Source: Candidatus Multivorans sp. (lineage in GTDB: Bacteria; Acidobacteriota; Thermoanaerobaculia; Multivoradales; Multivoraceae). Taken from it: 64,000 bases of DNA. The stretch lies in assembly GCA_965224025.1 (NCBI GenBank), contig OZ245033.1, positions 4,928,001 through 4,992,000 of the forward strand. The letters are read 5' to 3'. Within the stretch, counting starts at the first letter, position 1, and every line of letters starts with the position of its first letter. A program made the position numbers and the translations under genes. Under the pieces are notes generated by a model. That model had not been told where the DNA came from and ran no database searches. It saw nothing but the letters and a program-made list of their open reading frames with translations. Positions 39,983-50,059 of this stretch are shown here, in pieces.

Positions 39983-42234
39983 ATGGCGAGCAGAGACGAT
40001 ACGAATGGACCGCAAAGCCCCGCCGACAAGGCGTGGGACACACGAAGAGCGGAAGATCCGGACTCCGGAACGAAGGCGGCGAACAAGGCATGGTCGACTC
40101 GTCGGTGGAATGCCTACGTCAAGAAGGTCCGGCCCTACGTCGAGAGCGGACAACTTGACAGCGAGGAAGTCGAGTACAAGCTGAGGATCGGGGACGCTCT
40201 CAAGCAAGCCCGAAAGGCGGCCTTGGCGAACCGAAGCGATTGGCCGGACCTCGTGAAGGCTGCCACGCAAGGCAAGTACCACCCGATGGCCTGGCGCGAT
40301 GCCAGCAAGCTGCGCCAGTGGATCGACGACGAGCCCGACGCCGCGTTCAAGGCCCTTCGCGCTCTTTGGACCGAAGACGACCGATCGGCCGGCGAGCGCA
40401 TCCGCAGCTTCTCTGCTCTCTATCCCTGGGAGTCGAAGGGCGGGGAAGTACCGCCGGAGGGAGTGCGTCACCCCGAGTACGGCACCAATGGCAGAGGCAC
40501 GCGACTCAGGACGATCTCGGTTCTGCTGATGGCGCTCGACCCATCTACCTACCCACCGTTCATGCGATCCGTGTTCGATTCCGCGTACCGGCGCCTGGGC
40601 GTCGAAGTCCCGTCGGGGGAGACGGCCGAAGAGGCTCAGTATGAACACGCACTAGGCTTCCTCGACGAGTTGATCCGTCGCACGACTGAGCATGGCCTGA
40701 GGCGGCCGAGCACCCGGCTCGAAGCGCAATCCGTCGTCTGGGCAGTCAGGGACGACGACCAGCCACCAGACCGGCCACCCGTCCCCGAGTCCCGGCCATG
40801 CTGGTTCGTCGGCGCCTCCTTCGGCGAAGGGACGGAAGACCAGACCGCCCGGTTCATCAGCGAAGGCACCTGGGAGCACGGCGGAGCGAAGAGCGACCTG
40901 TTCCTGGATCAGTTGAAGTCGATCGAGCCCGGAGACCGCATCGCGATCAAGGCCACTTACTTGAAGAAGCGTGGGCTTCCGTTCGACAACCAGGGAGAAC
41001 TCACGTCCACCATGGCGATCAAGGCGCTGGGGGCAGTGACACACAACCCTGGAGATGGTCGCCGCCTTCTCGTGGATTGGGAGCGGGTCGACCCGCCTCG
41101 CGAGTGGTACTTCTTCACATTCATTCCCAGAGTCTGGAAGGTGTCACGGGAGACCGCGAACCTGCCGTGGGCGGCAGACGCCCTGATCGACTTCGCTTTC
41201 AACGGAACCGAGCAGGACTACGACCTCTTTCTTCGATACTGGTACCCGGACCGCTACGAGCGACCAGTACAGTTCACGCGACGGCTCGCGGACGCCGGCG
41301 TTGCTGAGCTCGCAGCCGAGCTTCTCTACGACGAAGCCAACCTGCAACTGATCACGGCACTCCTCGACGACAAGCGCCAAGTCATCTTCCAGGGGCCGCC
41401 CGGAACCGGTAAGACGTACGCCGCCCGCCAACTCGCCCGGTTTCTCGCCGGTTCCAACGACCGCGTCACCCTCGTCCAGTTCCACCCGTCATATGCGTAC
41501 GAGGACTTCGTTCAGGGCTACCGACCGACTCTGCAGGGCCGCCAAGCCGGTTTCACGCTCCGTGACGGCCCGTTGGTCACGGCGGCAGCCGCGGCCCGAG
41601 ACAAGCCGCACGCCCCACATTTCCTGATCATCGACGAAATCAACCGCGGCAACCTGGCCAAGCTGTTCGGCGAGTTGTATTTCCTGCTCGAGTACCGCGA
41701 CGAAGACATGACGCTCCAGTACGCCTCGGCCGAGGACGACGCGTTCAGTCTGCCCGAGAACCTCTACATCATCGGCACGATGAACACGGCCGATCGCTCG
41801 ATCGCCCTGGTCGACCTGGCGCTGCGTCGACGATTCCACTTCGTCGAGTTCCATCCCGACAAGGCGCCGGTCGAGGGATTGCTCGGCCGCTGGCTGGAAA
41901 GGAACGCGCCCGAGATGGCTTGGGTGGCCGACGTCATGAGGCGAGCGAACGGCAAGCTGAATGACCGGCAGGCAGCCATTGGACCGAGCTACTTCATGAA
42001 GGAGGATCTCGACGAGGAAAAGTTCGGCTGATCTGGGAGCACAACGTCCTGCCGTATGTGGAGGAGCACCTCTACGGCGAAACCGACCGGCTTTCCGAGT
42101 TCGACCTCGACAAGCTGCGGCGCGAAACGGAGTCCGCCGCTACTGCCGCCGCCTCTGACAGCCTCGAAGCAGCCGGAGACTCAGGCGTCGACGGCCAAGG
42201 ACTAGACGAAGAAGCCGACGATGCGGAATCTTGA
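39983..42234 (+). CDS. mcrB: McrB-like AAA+ GTPase with extended N-terminal recognition region; 1-nt frameshift at ~42020
   Basis: GPPGTGKT, QFHPSYAYEDF, IIDEINRG, MNTADRS and ALRRRF motifs. The tail LIWEHNVLPYVEE follows in another frame. Confidence 0.9.
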
Positions 42235-43438
42235 TCTCCGGGAGTGGACGCCGACCGAAGCGCCGGTGCCACTCTCGGTCCGGGAACGCGACAAACTGAA
42301 ACCCCTCCTCGCGAGCATCGAACCCGCTCCCGGGACAAGCGACGCCTACTACCTCAGGCCTGGTTCCACGGTCGGCGCGCTCGAGATCGGCGATCTCTCG
42401 GTCTCCATCGAACCCAAGCTGCCCATCGGCCGCGTGCTCTACCTGGCGTCTTACGCGATGGGCGTCGATTTTCGGGAAGAACGTTTCGACTACGTGAGGC
42501 AACCGAGGCTTGTCGAGGTGCTCGTGCCGGCACTCACGCGGGCCGCGCGCCGGGCCTTCGCCCGAGGACTCCTCCACGGCTATCGCACGGAAGAAGAAGC
42601 GCTCCAAACCGTTCGCGGACGCATCCGCGTCGCCGATCAACTTCGCCGCAGGTTCGGCGTGCCTCTGCCAGTCGAGGTCCGCTACGACGACTTCACCGAC
42701 GACGTGCTCGCCAACCAACTCGTCAAGGCCGCAGCCCACCGCCTCGGCAAGCTCCGCATCCGCTCACCCCGTTCCCGACTGGATCTCGCCTGGGTCGCCG
42801 CGACGCTCGACAACGTGAGCCTGGTCGAGTTCCCGACGAAGGCCGTCCCGGAGGTCAAGTTCGACCGGCTGAACGAGCACTACCGGGAAGTCGTGACCCT
42901 GGCGCGGCTGATCCTCCGCCATGCGTCCATCGAGACCGGGCGCGGCCGGGTGCGGGCGAACGGCTTCCTGATGGACATGAACCTTGTGTTCCAGGAGTTC
43001 GTGACGCGGGCACTGCGCGAAGAGCTTGGCCTTTCCGAACGTACGTTCCGGTCCGACAGTCGACTGCCGCCAATCCACCTCGATACGGCCGACCAGATCC
43101 GGCTCAAGCCCGACCTCTCCTGGTGGAACGGCCCGACCTGCACCTTCGTCGGCGACGCGAAATACAAGCGGGTCAAGCACGCCCACGTGCCCAACGCCGA
43201 CCTCTACCAGCTCCTCGCCTACACGGCCGCCCTTGACCTAGCCGGCGGTCTCCTGATCTACGCGGAAGGCGAACCACGCGACGCCCGCCACGAGATCCGT
43301 CACCTCGGCAAGCAACTCGAGATCACCACGATGGACTTGTCGGGCACGATAGAGGATCTTCAACGCGAGATCGCCAGGCTGGCTGCGCGAGTCCGTGCCC
43401 TCAACCGTCGCGCTCTCGAGCTCCGCCCAGCCGCCTGA
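42221..43438 (+). CDS. mcrC: McrC-family PD-(D/E)XK nuclease subunit
   Basis: IEPK, DMNLVFQEFV, LKPDL, DAKYK and DLYQLLAY motifs. Confidence 0.92.
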   Translation: MRNLDLREWTPTEAPVPLSVRERDKLKPLLASIEPAPGTSDAYYLRPGSTVGALEIGDLSVSIEPKLPIGRVLYLASYAMGVDFREERFDYVRQPRLVEVLVPALTRAARRAFARGLLHGYRTEEEALQTVRGRIRVADQLRRRFGVPLPVEVRYDDFTDDVLANQLVKAAAHRLGKLRIRSPRSRLDLAWVAATLDNVSLVEFPTKAVPEVKFDRLNEHYREVVTLARLILRHASIETGRGRVRANGFLMDMNLVFQEFVTRALREELGLSERTFRSDSRLPPIHLDTADQIRLKPDLSWWNGPTCTFVGDAKYKRVKHAHVPNADLYQLLAYTAALDLAGGLLIYAEGEPRDARHEIRHLGKQLEITTMDLSGTIEDLQREIARLAARVRALNRRALELRPAA

Positions 43439-43622
43439 AACCTCTGGACATCGATCGGCGTAGCTACGCCCGCCCAGAGGCGACGCACAACGCGGCCGTC
43501 ACCTGTCCCTCTAATCGGTCATAAGGCGCTCGGATCTCGCCCGGCATGTCGTTGGGCGACTCCCGGTGGCGTTCACCGAAAACCGGGTCCGTAGGCGTCG
43601 CGCCTCGTGCTACCAACGGGGC

Positions 43623-45839
43623 ATGACACTGCTGGCACTGGTTTTCTTCCTGGCTCAGCCGTTTGACGCATTCGCCGCTGAGCAGCGTCCGATCCAACCA
43701 GACGGCGCGACTCACGTCAAGGGAACCGTTCGTGACACGACGGGTCTGCCGTTGCCTGGTGCCACGATCGAAATCGACAATTCCCTGGTCGCCGTTTCAG
43801 ACGCCAAGGGCTGCTTCGAGATCGCCCTGGTGTCCGGTGCGCGTTACCAGGCGATCGTGAAACTACCTGGGTTTGACCGACATGAATCCGTTTTCGAGGT
43901 GAGCCACGGCGTGCGACTCGACGTCGTGCTGGCGATCAGCCCCATGCAAGAGCAGATAACCGTCACGCCCACGCCCCCGTCACCCGAGGAAGAGGTCACG
44001 CGTCCTTTTCTGCTCCAACCTGTCCAAGTCTACCGGACACCCGGCGCCGACGCAGATCTGTTCAGAGCCCTCCAAACGCTGCCAGGTGTCAGCGCACCTG
44101 ACGACGGCGCCGGTCTATTTGTGCGCGGCGGCGACGTCAGCGAGGTGCTGGTGTCACTCGATGACGCCGTCATCGCCCATCCCTACCGGCATGAGACACC
44201 GACCGGCGGATTCAGGGGCACGGTAGACCCGCTGCTCATATCGGGGCTCAGCTTCAGTACTGGCGGCTTCTCCGCCCGCTACGGCAACGTCCTCAGTGGT
44301 GTCCTCGACCTGCAAGGACTCGAGCGGCCCGACGCGCGGCAGACGACCGCGACGTTTGGACTCGCGGGCGTGTCTGCCTCCATCGCCGCACCGGTCGGCG
44401 ACCGATTCGGCGCGCGGGGCGCGTTCAATCGAACCCTCACCCGCCTCCTCTTCGCCGTCAACGGGAGCCCGCGCTCGTTTGACCCGCCGCCCGAAGGCTG
44501 GGATGGATCCGCCGGGTTCACCTGGAATCTGGGAAGACGCGGTCGACTCAAGAGCTTCGCGCTGATGCAGCGGGATCGGCTGGGGGTCGGAATCGAGCAG
44601 GACGCGTTCACGGGGCTGTTGCAATCCTCGACGACTCACAGGTTCGTCGGCACGCGGTGGGATGGTCCGCTTGGAGGCTGGGCGGCCTCGGCGTCTTTCG
44701 GCCGCGACGACTACCGGCGCAAGACCAACGTCGGCATCCTGGACCGGACGGTCACGGACAGCGTGGCATCGTGGCGAATCGATCTCAGCCCACCACCGGC
44801 CGGTGCGGTCGAGTGGCGCGTCGGCGCCAACGGCTCCTTCACCGATGCGTCGATTGCGGGACGCGTACCGGTGAGAGGTGGCGACCTGGGTGGCGTTGCC
44901 GGTGACGCCCGGTTCGATGCCGGCGTCGACGACTGGTTTGGAGGCGCCTATCTGGAGGTCACGACACACCTCGGGGCCGTGTCAGCCACGATCGGGGCGC
45001 GCGCTGATCGGTTCGGCCTGGCGCGCGCGACCACCATCGATCCACGGCTCAACGTCCGCATCGGTCTGGGCCGCACGCATGCGCTGCGCCTCGCGGCCGG
45101 TGTGTACCACCAGGCCCCCTCCCCCTCGTACTACGACCGCGAACGAGGGGCTACGCGGCTGCCACCCATGCGGGCGCTGCACTACGTCGCCGGATACGAG
45201 ACCGGTCGCGAGGCGGAAGGCCTTTATGTTCGGGCAGAGGGGTTCGTGAAGACGTACGCCGACCTACCCCTCGAAGATGACGTCCGAGGGTATACAGCCG
45301 ACGGATACGGGTCGGCCCGCGGGGTCGATCTCTTCGTCCAGTGGCTGTCAAGCCGACTCGAGGTGCGCGGCACCGCCAGCTGGCTGCGAGCCAAGCGGCG
45401 ATGGACGCCGGTCGATCAGCGCGAGCGATACGACCTTCCGGACGGGACCTGGACACCGGACTTCGAGATTCCCTCGTGGGTGCAGATCATCACCACCGTG
45501 CCCCTCTCGAACGGTGTGAACGTGAGTGCGTCGTGGCGCTCGGCCGCCGGCCGACCCCACACCCCGATCGTAGCTGGCCGGGCGACCGGCGACAGCTTCC
45601 TTCCCGTCTTCGGTTCCGTCAACTCCGAGCGCCTCCCGCGCTACGAACGACTTGATCTCTCCTCGAGCTGGCTCATACCGGCTGGCGATGGGGCGGTGAT
45701 CTTCTTTCTGTCCGTCGACAACGTCCTCGGACGGGCCAGCTTTTTCGACTACGTCTACGCGCCCGACTATGCGTCACGGCAGCCGGTCGTCAACGCTGCA
45801 CCCCGTGCGATGTATGTCGGCGTTTCCCTCAGGAGGTAA
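43623..45839 (+). CDS. TonB-dependent receptor with N-terminal carboxypeptidase-regulatory-like domain
   Basis: DLFRALQTLPGV…LFVRGG…FSTGGFSARYGNVLSGV…NSERLPRYERLDLS. Confidence 0.9.
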   Translation: MTLLALVFFLAQPFDAFAAEQRPIQPDGATHVKGTVRDTTGLPLPGATIEIDNSLVAVSDAKGCFEIALVSGARYQAIVKLPGFDRHESVFEVSHGVRLDVVLAISPMQEQITVTPTPPSPEEEVTRPFLLQPVQVYRTPGADADLFRALQTLPGVSAPDDGAGLFVRGGDVSEVLVSLDDAVIAHPYRHETPTGGFRGTVDPLLISGLSFSTGGFSARYGNVLSGVLDLQGLERPDARQTTATFGLAGVSASIAAPVGDRFGARGAFNRTLTRLLFAVNGSPRSFDPPPEGWDGSAGFTWNLGRRGRLKSFALMQRDRLGVGIEQDAFTGLLQSSTTHRFVGTRWDGPLGGWAASASFGRDDYRRKTNVGILDRTVTDSVASWRIDLSPPPAGAVEWRVGANGSFTDASIAGRVPVRGGDLGGVAGDARFDAGVDDWFGGAYLEVTTHLGAVSATIGARADRFGLARATTIDPRLNVRIGLGRTHALRLAAGVYHQAPSPSYYDRERGATRLPPMRALHYVAGYETGREAEGLYVRAEGFVKTYADLPLEDDVRGYTADGYGSARGVDLFVQWLSSRLEVRGTASWLRAKRRWTPVDQRERYDLPDGTWTPDFEIPSWVQIITTVPLSNGVNVSASWRSAAGRPHTPIVAGRATGDSFLPVFGSVNSERLPRYERLDLSSSWLIPAGDGAVIFFLSVDNVLGRASFFDYVYAPDYASRQPVVNAAPRAMYVGVSLRR

Positions 45840-45841
45840 CC

Positions 45842-46618
45842 GTGGCAAGCACTCACATCGTGGCAGTCGCACTGGTCGCAGCGATGACTGCGCCAGCACC
45901 TTCCCTGGCGCAGGAAGTCGCGTGGTCCGAACTCACCGAGCGGCTCGAACGCGCGGCACTGGCCGGATCCGGGCAAGAGCTCCGGGCCGTTCGGATGGAT
46001 CTCCTCCGACAACTGATTCATCCCGCGGAACAGGCGCCCGGGCGAGCATTCGTGGAATACGCGATCGCCTACGTCGCGTGGCGGTCGGCCAACCTGACGG
46101 ATGTTCCCGAACAGGAACAGGCTGACCTTCTAGATGACGGCGTCGAGCGACTGCAGGCCCTCGTAAACGACGATCCGGAACACACCGAAGCTCGCGCGCT
46201 GCTCGGAGCGCTCTACGGTCTGCAGATCGGGCGGGATCCGTCCCGAGGGGCCGAGCTGGGCGTGCGTTCCTCGGGCGCTCTCGACCGCGCCGAGGCCGCG
46301 GCGCCCGACAACCCGCGCGTCACGCTCCTGCAAGGCATCAGTGCGTTCCACACGCCGGTCAGGTTCGGCGGTGGCCTCGACAGAGCAGAGCGTCTGCTTC
46401 GTCGCAGCCTCGATTCGTTCTCACGCGAGCCGCTGGACAAGCCGTGGCCCAACTGGGGACGGTTCGACGCCCACGTCTGGCTTGGCCAGACACTCGCCCG
46501 ACAGAACGACCCTTCGGGGGCCCGCGCCGAGTACGATGCGGCCTTGTCCCTGGCCCCCGATTCGGGGTGGGTGAAGTTCGTGCTGCTGCCGGCCCTGAAT
46601 GACGCTGGTCGACCTTAG
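45842..46618 (+). CDS. Exported TPR protein
   Basis: Signal peptide; PDNPR…HTPVRFGGG…PNWG. Confidence 0.8.
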   Translation: MASTHIVAVALVAAMTAPAPSLAQEVAWSELTERLERAALAGSGQELRAVRMDLLRQLIHPAEQAPGRAFVEYAIAYVAWRSANLTDVPEQEQADLLDDGVERLQALVNDDPEHTEARALLGALYGLQIGRDPSRGAELGVRSSGALDRAEAAAPDNPRVTLLQGISAFHTPVRFGGGLDRAERLLRRSLDSFSREPLDKPWPNWGRFDAHVWLGQTLARQNDPSGARAEYDAALSLAPDSGWVKFVLLPALNDAGRP

Positions 46619-46628
46619 TGGAGTAGAC

Positions 46629-47737
46629 ATGGCACACGCTATCGATCCGCCCGGTTCCCATAGGCGCTACCGCCCCTGGCTGGTTGTCGCCGGCTGGATG
46701 ACGGCTGCCGTGATCCAGGCGCTCGCGCTGGATGCGTCGGCGGCGGCGCCGTTCGAGGACGGGCTCCCGAACGGGATTGTCAGCCATGCGGTGCTGGGCA
46801 TCCTCGTCTGGCAGGTGTGCCGGGCGCATGCCTACCTTGAGCTCTGGAAGCGCCGTCCCCTACGCGCGGTGTCTGTGCACGCCACCGCGGGGGTCGGAGC
46901 GCTCGCGATCTGGAGCGGGGCCGAGGTGACCTACACGCGCCTCGTGTACGGGGAGGACTTCTGGCCACTCGTGTACGCCAATAGCTGGGCGCTGCAACTG
47001 CTTAGCGCCGCGCTCCTGTATGCGGCGGCGGTCGGGCTCGGCGTCATCGTCCAGAGCTTCGACCGGGAGCAGCTCCGCCACCAACGTGAAGCCGAGCTCG
47101 AACTCGTGGCCCGGGACGCGGAGCTGACCGCCATCAAGTCACAACTGCAGCCGCACTTCCTGCTGAACTCGCTCAACTCGATCTGGCGCTCGTGAAGCAC
47201 GACCCGACGAGGGCGAGCGCCATGCTCGAACGGCTGGCCTCGTTTCTGCAGTCAGGGTTCGACCGTCTCGACGAACCGCTCGTTCGTCTGCACCGTGAAC
47301 TGGACACGGTTCGCGACTACCTGAAGATCGAGCAGGTTCGATTCGCGGATCGCCTGCGCTTCACCATCGAAACAGACGGCGAAACGGAGCAGGTATCGAT
47401 ACCTCCATTCCTACTGCAGCCACTCGTAGAGAACGCTGTCAAACACGGTATTCAGCCGCACCCGCGGCAGGGCGAAGTGCGCGTCGCGGCGCGTCGTCAG
47501 GGCGCCCGCGTTCACGTCACGGTATCCGACACCGGGAGCGGTCCGAACGCCTCGCACGGTACGAGCGGCAGGGGTATCGACCTGACTCGACGGCAACTGC
47601 GGGCAACATACGGCGACGACGGGGCCTCGATGATCATGTGCCGCGAAGAGAGCGGGGGCTTTACGGTGAGTCTGGACCTCCCGGCAGAACCCGAGCCACT
47701 GGGAGGTTCCTCCTCACCTGCTGCCAATGGCTCCTGA
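46629..47737 (+). CDS. LytS/YehU-family sensor histidine kinase, frameshift at ~47185
   Basis: TM helices, QLQPHFLLNSLNSI, then YLKIEQVRF…LQPLVENAVKHG…DTGSG in another frame. Confidence 0.88.
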
Positions 47738-48479
47738 CCGCCTCCGCCTGATCGTGGCGGACGACGAGGTGCTGGCGCGACGGCTCGTGCGGGACTACGC
47801 GGCCCGATCTAGCGGCGTGAGCATCGTGCACGAGTGCGTTGACGTGGCGAGTTTGGCTGCCGCGCTTGAACAGGGGGGAGCGGACGCAGCGATGCTCGAC
47901 ATCCGAATGCCGGGACGCGACGTGTTCGAGGTCCTTGAGGACATCAGGCAACGCCAGCCGTTGCCCGCCCTTGTCTTTGCAACCGCGTACGACCGTTATG
48001 CGGTTCGCGCGTTCGAGATGAACGCCGTGGACTACCTCGTGAAGCCCTTCACGGAATCTCGTTTCGCGCAGACGATTGGGCGACTGCGGCAGGACCAACG
48101 GCCCGGTGCTCCGGCCGACGGCGTCCCGCGCCTGCTGCGTGATCTTGGGCGCCGCCCCGACCGGCTGCTCGTGCCCGAGGGGCGACGCATCGTACCCGTC
48201 GCCGTCTCCGCCATCGGCTGGATACAAGCGAAAGGCGACTACGCGCGAATTCACGCGGGCAACAAGAGTTACCTCGTCTACCGTACGCTCAACGAACTTG
48301 AAGAGAGGTTGGACCCAGCCGAGTTCCTGCGGGTACATCGCTCCGCGATCGTGCGGCTCGATCAGATTCTCGAGGTAGTAGCCGTCGGAAGTGGCCGCTA
48401 TCGCTTGACTCTGAAGGGCGGTGGAACCCCGACCGTCAGCCGTGGCCGCGCCCAGGCCCTCAAACGGTTCATCCTGTGA
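47727..48479 (+). CDS. LytTR-family response regulator
   Basis: ADDE, LDIRMP, TAYD, DYLVKP and FLRVHRSAIV motifs. Confidence 0.93.
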   Translation: MAPDRLRLIVADDEVLARRLVRDYAARSSGVSIVHECVDVASLAAALEQGGADAAMLDIRMPGRDVFEVLEDIRQRQPLPALVFATAYDRYAVRAFEMNAVDYLVKPFTESRFAQTIGRLRQDQRPGAPADGVPRLLRDLGRRPDRLLVPEGRRIVPVAVSAIGWIQAKGDYARIHAGNKSYLVYRTLNELEERLDPAEFLRVHRSAIVRLDQILEVVAVGSGRYRLTLKGGGTPTVSRGRAQALKRFIL

Positions 48480-48506
48480 CATGAGAGCAACCGCGACCAC
48501 CACACC

Positions 48507-49250
48507 ATGCCCCGACTCACCGACTACCGCGTCCTGACGTTCGACTGCTACGGCACTCTGATCGACTGGGAGACTGGCATCTGGGACGCCTTGCAGCCGC
48601 TGATCATGCGGAACCCGGACGCCGAGGTCACCCGCGACGCGGCGCTGGTTGCGTTCGGGCAGTGCGAGAGCCTTCAGGAGCAAGAGACGCCTGATCTGCT
48701 CTATCCCGACCTGCTGGCCCAGGTCCATCGGCGGATCGCCGACCACCTGGACATGCGATCCACCGCGGAACTCGACGAGGCGTTCGGCGCTTCCGTGCCG
48801 GACTGGCCGGCGTTCGCGGACACCGCCGACGCACTGCGAATCCTCAAGCGGCACTTCCGTCTGGTCATCCTCTCGAACGTCCACAAGGACGGCATCGCCG
48901 GCTCGAACCGGAAGCTCGGCGTCGAGTTCGACGCGATCTACACGGCCGAGGACATCGGCTCCTACAAGCCGGCCGACGCGAACTTCGACTATCTACTCGC
49001 CCACCTCAAGTCCGACTTCGGGCTCGGCCGGTCCGACGTGCTGCACACCGCGCAGAGCCTGCACCACGACCATGTACCGGCGAACCGGTTCGGGCTCGCA
49101 AATGCCTGGATCGACCGCCAGCGCCTCTCCGAGGGCGGGAGCTGGGGAGCCACCGACCGCGTAGCGACGATGCCGACGACCGACTTCGTGTTCTTCTCCA
49201 TGGGAGAGATGGCCGCCGCCGTCGCGAAGCGCCTGAGCCGCGGGACCTAG
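48507..49250 (+). CDS. HAD-superfamily hydrolase (haloacid dehalogenase type II-like)
   Basis: FDCYGTLIDWE, LSN, SYKP and HTAQSLHHD motifs. Confidence 0.9.
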   Translation: MPRLTDYRVLTFDCYGTLIDWETGIWDALQPLIMRNPDAEVTRDAALVAFGQCESLQEQETPDLLYPDLLAQVHRRIADHLDMRSTAELDEAFGASVPDWPAFADTADALRILKRHFRLVILSNVHKDGIAGSNRKLGVEFDAIYTAEDIGSYKPADANFDYLLAHLKSDFGLGRSDVLHTAQSLHHDHVPANRFGLANAWIDRQRLSEGGSWGATDRVATMPTTDFVFFSMGEMAAAVAKRLSRGT

Positions 49251-49275
49251 CCGGCCAGCGGTCTGTCTCCAGCGC

Positions 49276-49710
49276 CTAGCCCTGCAACGGATTCCGCGTC
49301 GGAAGGTCGGGAAATCGGCTGAAGTCCCGGTCGGCGGTCCAGAACTCGGTCACGCCATGCCCGAGGCAGAGCGCGGCGACGCGCGCGTCGTGGACCATCG
49401 GTCCCTTGACCTGCCCCTTTCGGAGCAGGTCCTTCAGCAACTCCCAGTGCGTGTAAGTCTCCGTCAGGAGATTCACTACGGGAGACTCGAGCCAGACGTC
49501 GACCTGCTCGATGGCCGCATCGAGAGCCGAAGGCGGGTCGTAGATGCGCGGGTGGGTCACGATGCCGAGGTACTCATGCACGCACGGCCATGGCAACCCC
49601 CACGCCACCCTCCCTTCCGCCAGTGACGCCAGGCAGCACCGGGCCTGCTGGTGCCACTCGGAATCGGTCCGATGCGCGTAGATGAGCAGGTTCGCGTCGG
49701 TCCCGATCAA
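49276..49710 (-). CDS. vapC: VapC PIN toxin
   Basis: DANLLIYAH…THPRIY…VHDARVAA…WTADRDFSRF. Confidence 0.92.
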   Translation of the reverse strand: MIGTDANLLIYAHRTDSEWHQQARCCLASLAEGRVAWGLPWPCVHEYLGIVTHPRIYDPPSALDAAIEQVDVWLESPVVNLLTETYTHWELLKDLLRKGQVKGPMVHDARVAALCLGHGVTEFWTADRDFSRFPDLPTRNPLQG

Positions 49711-49952
49711 CCGCCGCGTCCCTCGTACAGCGCTTCACGGATGCGTGCCCAGTCGGCGTCCCGGAACTCCGGCCGTAGACCGCGTCCACCGACACTCGCA
49801 TCTCGCAGTACGAAGCCGGCGTTCTCCCGGTCAGCCTTCATCGCCAGTTGCAAACCGCGCTCGAACAGCTCTCGCAGCGTGATGTTCTCTCTTGCCGCGT
49901 GAGCCTTCGCCTCTCTCGCCAAGTCGTCTGAGATCTCGATCGTGGTCTTCAC
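49707..49952 (-). CDS. VapB-type antitoxin
   Basis: KTTIEISDDL…TLRELFERGL, overlapping the toxin start. Confidence 0.85.
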   Translation of the reverse strand: MKTTIEISDDLAREAKAHAARENITLRELFERGLQLAMKADRENAGFVLRDASVGGRGLRPEFRDADWARIREALYEGRGG

Positions 49953-50059
49953 TATGGGTCCCCATACCGTCTGATACGGCTTGCCACCTTACTTGCCACC
50001 CACCCTCGGGTCAATGGGTCGGCAAGGTTCCAAGCGAGAGAGTCGACGACGGCCGTCTC

